From Syntrophorhabdaceae bacterium (GTDB taxonomy: Bacteria; Desulfobacterota; Syntrophorhabdia; Syntrophorhabdales; Syntrophorhabdaceae): DNA of 64,000 nucleotides. The stretch covers positions 1-64,000 of the forward strand of contig CAXXUO010000001.1 in assembly GCA_963666485.2 (NCBI GenBank), read 5' to 3'. This document shows positions 61,382 through 64,000 of the stretch, piece after piece. Position numbers and translations under genes: made by a program. Every line of letters starts with the position of its first letter. Position 1 is the first letter of the stretch. The notes beneath the pieces were generated by a model. The model saw only the letters and a program-made list of their open reading frames with translations, ran no database searches and was not told where the DNA came from.

Positions 61382-62308
61382 TCACTGATTACACGCATAT
61401 TGTTCCAGGGGTTCGACCGCGTTTTCGGTTTCAGTCCTTCTTCGCCGGGTAATTTCGTGGACTTTGGGGTGTTCTGACCTTGCCATCTCCGGGGCATGCC
61501 GTGCGGCAACATCCCCGGTCTTCGTAACATGCGAAAAATCCTCGATCATCGAATTGTCGGGAATAACAGCATACTCATCGATTATAACCCCGTGGCCTAT
61601 CCTGCAGTCATTGCCTATTTTCGCCCCGTAATGAATGATGGTGTTCACGCCTGTCCTGGTGTTGTCGCCAATGTCGACATCGACGGACAACAGGTTCTCA
61701 AACCCGATAATGACATTGTTCCCTATCTTGCAGCCGGGAGCTATGCACGATCTCGCCTGGATCTGCGTATTATCACCTATGACAAGTTTCTTCAGGATGT
61801 GGATATTCGTATCGAGCGCGAGGTGCGTTGACAGGAGCACTTCGGAGCCGATCGCGGCATTCTTCCCGAAGTACAGAAGATTGTTGGCATCCTGCATGTC
61901 CACCGTTTCCGCAAAGTACGTGGAGTAGTGGATGTTCACACGAAGCATCCGCAAGAATATGTACCGCACGGTCTTATTGTAAAAGAGATACTGCCTGAGA
62001 AAAAGAAAGACATACGAATAGAAATTCCAGTTCAGTCTCCACATCATATGCCTTTTGGAATTCACTCTGTACTTGCCTTCCTTAAGGGGCCTCACACACA
62101 ACCGGAAGGCAAGCCCGGTGATAATGATGTATGAATTAATAAATACGAATGCACAGAAAACCAGGCTGGCTATCACGGGAATGTATTTCGTCAACGAATA
62201 ATAGATCGAAGCGGTCAAATAGATCGCTGCGCCCAGTATCAGGCAAATGCCTGAAAGCCAGGTGATCTCACTGAAAAGGAGGTTAAATAAACTCTTCGCT
62301 GTTTTCAT
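61382..62308 (-). CDS. Membrane-anchored hexapeptide-repeat (left-handed beta-helix) acyltransferase-like protein
   Basis: N-terminal TMs, IGDNTQI/IGNNVII/IGDNTRT/IGNDCRI repeats. Confidence 0.82.
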   Translation of the reverse strand: MKTAKSLFNLLFSEITWLSGICLILGAAIYLTASIYYSLTKYIPVIASLVFCAFVFINSYIIITGLAFRLCVRPLKEGKYRVNSKRHMMWRLNWNFYSYVFLFLRQYLFYNKTVRYIFLRMLRVNIHYSTYFAETVDMQDANNLLYFGKNAAIGSEVLLSTHLALDTNIHILKKLVIGDNTQIQARSCIAPGCKIGNNVIIGFENLLSVDVDIGDNTRTGVNTIIHYGAKIGNDCRIGHGVIIDEYAVIPDNSMIEDFSHVTKTGDVAARHAPEMARSEHPKVHEITRRRRTETENAVEPLEQYACNQ

Positions 62309-62783
62309 TATGCTGTCTCCCTTAAAAATATTGACAATCCTTTTCTGGAAAACTCTCCGGTCATTCCCGTATATTCAGCACCATCTGCTAAGACATTGCC
62401 CACCTCCCCTATATGATCCGCCGTCATTTTCGCTTGATCCTTCCCGTCAGTTCCTGTGTGATCTTTCATCGTCACAGACTGTTATAACAGGTCATATAGG
62501 CGCATACAATACAGGAGGAATACATTAATAATATAGGTATAAAACCAGTACATTATGAAAGCCATCAGGCACCTGGAGCACACACCTTTATCGTTGATAA
62601 ACATCAATAATATTGAAGAACTAAAACGACACACACGGATATGGCGCACGGGTGCATCGGGTCATGCAGTAACACCTGCTCACATTAGGGTGGTATGTCA
62701 GGGACCTTACGCGTAATTGTTTATCTTTTACGTATTCTCCGTAGATTTATCTCGCATCGGGGATACGGGAACATTCACTTCGA

Positions 62784-63263
62784 TCAACAGATCCGGATAA
62801 GCTTCTGATAGTCGGAAAGGTGGGCATTAACAAAATCCGCACCCAGCTCGCAGGCATTTCCACCGCACTCTATCACCCTTCGCGCAATACACCGTATCGT
62901 AACCGGGGTTTTTTCGTTCGGTATGGTGAATATCGTATCGAATTCATCATCTTCGGCTACAGTGCAATTGTGGGGTATATATATTTTTAAACCGACAAGG
63001 GAAATATCAACAACAGTCCCGGCCATTCCGGGAGACCCGTTGGACCCGTGTTTATGTACGAGGGCAGGTAAAAGGACCGTTTTTCTTACGTACCTCCTCT
63101 TGTCCTGCCCGGGCTCCTTCACGTGAACCCTCTCCCTGATATGATCACACAGAACGTTTTCTATGAATGATGACAATGTCCTGCGTTCTATGACTGCTAT
63201 TTCCTCCAGGGCCTGTTTTATCGCATCTGTGGTCCGGAAGCATATACCGACATCTCGTGCCAA
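62784..63263 (-). CDS. Ribbon-helix-helix plus PilZ domain protein
   Basis: ICFRT...LEEIA...RTLSSFIENVL, then RRYVR and DISLVG. GGAGG RBS before TTG. Confidence 0.85.
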   Translation of the reverse strand: MARDVGICFRTTDAIKQALEEIAVIERRTLSSFIENVLCDHIRERVHVKEPGQDKRRYVRKTVLLPALVHKHGSNGSPGMAGTVVDISLVGLKIYIPHNCTVAEDDEFDTIFTIPNEKTPVTIRCIARRVIECGGNACELGADFVNAHLSDYQKLIRIC

Positions 63264-63627
63264 TTGCTGTTTTCTCCTCCGTGTGTCAGATTATGAAACT
63301 CATTTCTGCATTATGTTGTACAACAGGTGTTTATCGAGTTAAATATGGTATTAATTCTTGGTAAATAACAGCAAAAATCTCATATATTCCGGGAGCGGGT
63401 GGCAGACAAGGAGCGCAGTTGCCGGCGCCCCTTGTCTTCTCGATGGTTTTGATGCTTCCGTCCCTGACCAAGGGGCGGAAAATTGGGAGCAGCCTGATGA
63501 TACATACCAGCCCAAAGCTGGGCTGTTCTTGGATTTTACCAGCGACCGCGCACCTGAGCTATATCATCAAAGTACATGCTTTATCCGGTAGAAATCGCGC
63601 GGACTCATGCCAACCTTTAGATCTTCT

Positions 63628-64000
63628 CTAAAGCCCGAGGCCGCCGATCCATAAATGAGAATTGTTGAGTCTCATGCCTCCATTGAGAGATTTGGCATAC
63701 AGCATCGAGTCGAAGCCGAGCCGGATAAACCCGGTGAGGTCTTTGACCGCTGCATGCCCGTCATTGCATACAAAACAAACCTGATCGATCTTTGAATCAA
63801 CAGCCAGGTTATTTATATGCGTGAGCAGGATCTTAAAATCTTCAATCGAGGAAAAGGCGAAATTTATCAAGCACCATTGTTTCAAGGCCTTTCCCGGCCT
63901 TGTCAAAACCGGGACCTCGCGGAATACCCGGGCGACACCAAGCGCTGCCGATGTCAGTTTTATCCGGGCATTCCACGATCTCACCGTGATCTTCGTTATC
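63628..64000 (-). CDS. Partial hypothetical protein (C-terminus only, possibly GNAT-like)
   Basis: Open frame running to the window edge. No firm motif. Confidence 0.5.
   Translation of the reverse strand, partial: ITKITVRSWNARIKLTSAALGVARVFREVPVLTRPGKALKQWCLINFAFSSIEDFKILLTHINNLAVDSKIDQVCFVCNDGHAAVKDLTGFIRLGFDSMLYAKSLNGGMRLNNSHLWIGGLGL

Noticed and set aside
63390..63605. Several hairpins upstream of the PilZ gene as a c-di-GMP riboswitch
   Set aside because: I could not find the class I or II consensus on either strand. An Infernal search would settle it.

Overview
64 kb from an anaerobic, aromatic-degrading deltaproteobacterium (gene content suggests Syntrophorhabdaceae; this is inference). 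Left: benzoyl-CoA ring-opening genes had-oah-dch (frameshifted, probably sequence error), radA, rpoD, a class III ribonucleotide reductase operon with a redoxin and two NrdR boxes, a V4R/histidine kinase pair, ogt and uvrA. Centre: a YeeE/YedE pair plus a CoA-disulfide-reductase-like enzyme. The first YeeE reads through an in-frame UGA at the conserved Cys position and has a SECIS-like hairpin, so it is a probable selenoprotein that the ORF track truncates. A ~20 kb MSHA-like type IV pilus locus follows (sigma54 promoter, PilS/PilR-like pair, GT2 and YfhO glycosyltransferases, variable minor-pilin/adhesin cassette). Right: a Phd/RelE toxin-antitoxin pair, then a signalling island (Ser/Thr kinase-AAA-GAF hybrid kinase, autotransporter, degenerate hybrid kinase, REC-PAS-LuxR) and an RHH-PilZ protein. 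Intergenic DNA carries heptamer tandem arrays placed just after stop codons (one linked to a 71-bp diverged duplication of a gene 3' end), GTCAT-type REPs and two MITE-like elements. No rRNA, tRNA, CRISPR array or transposase was seen.
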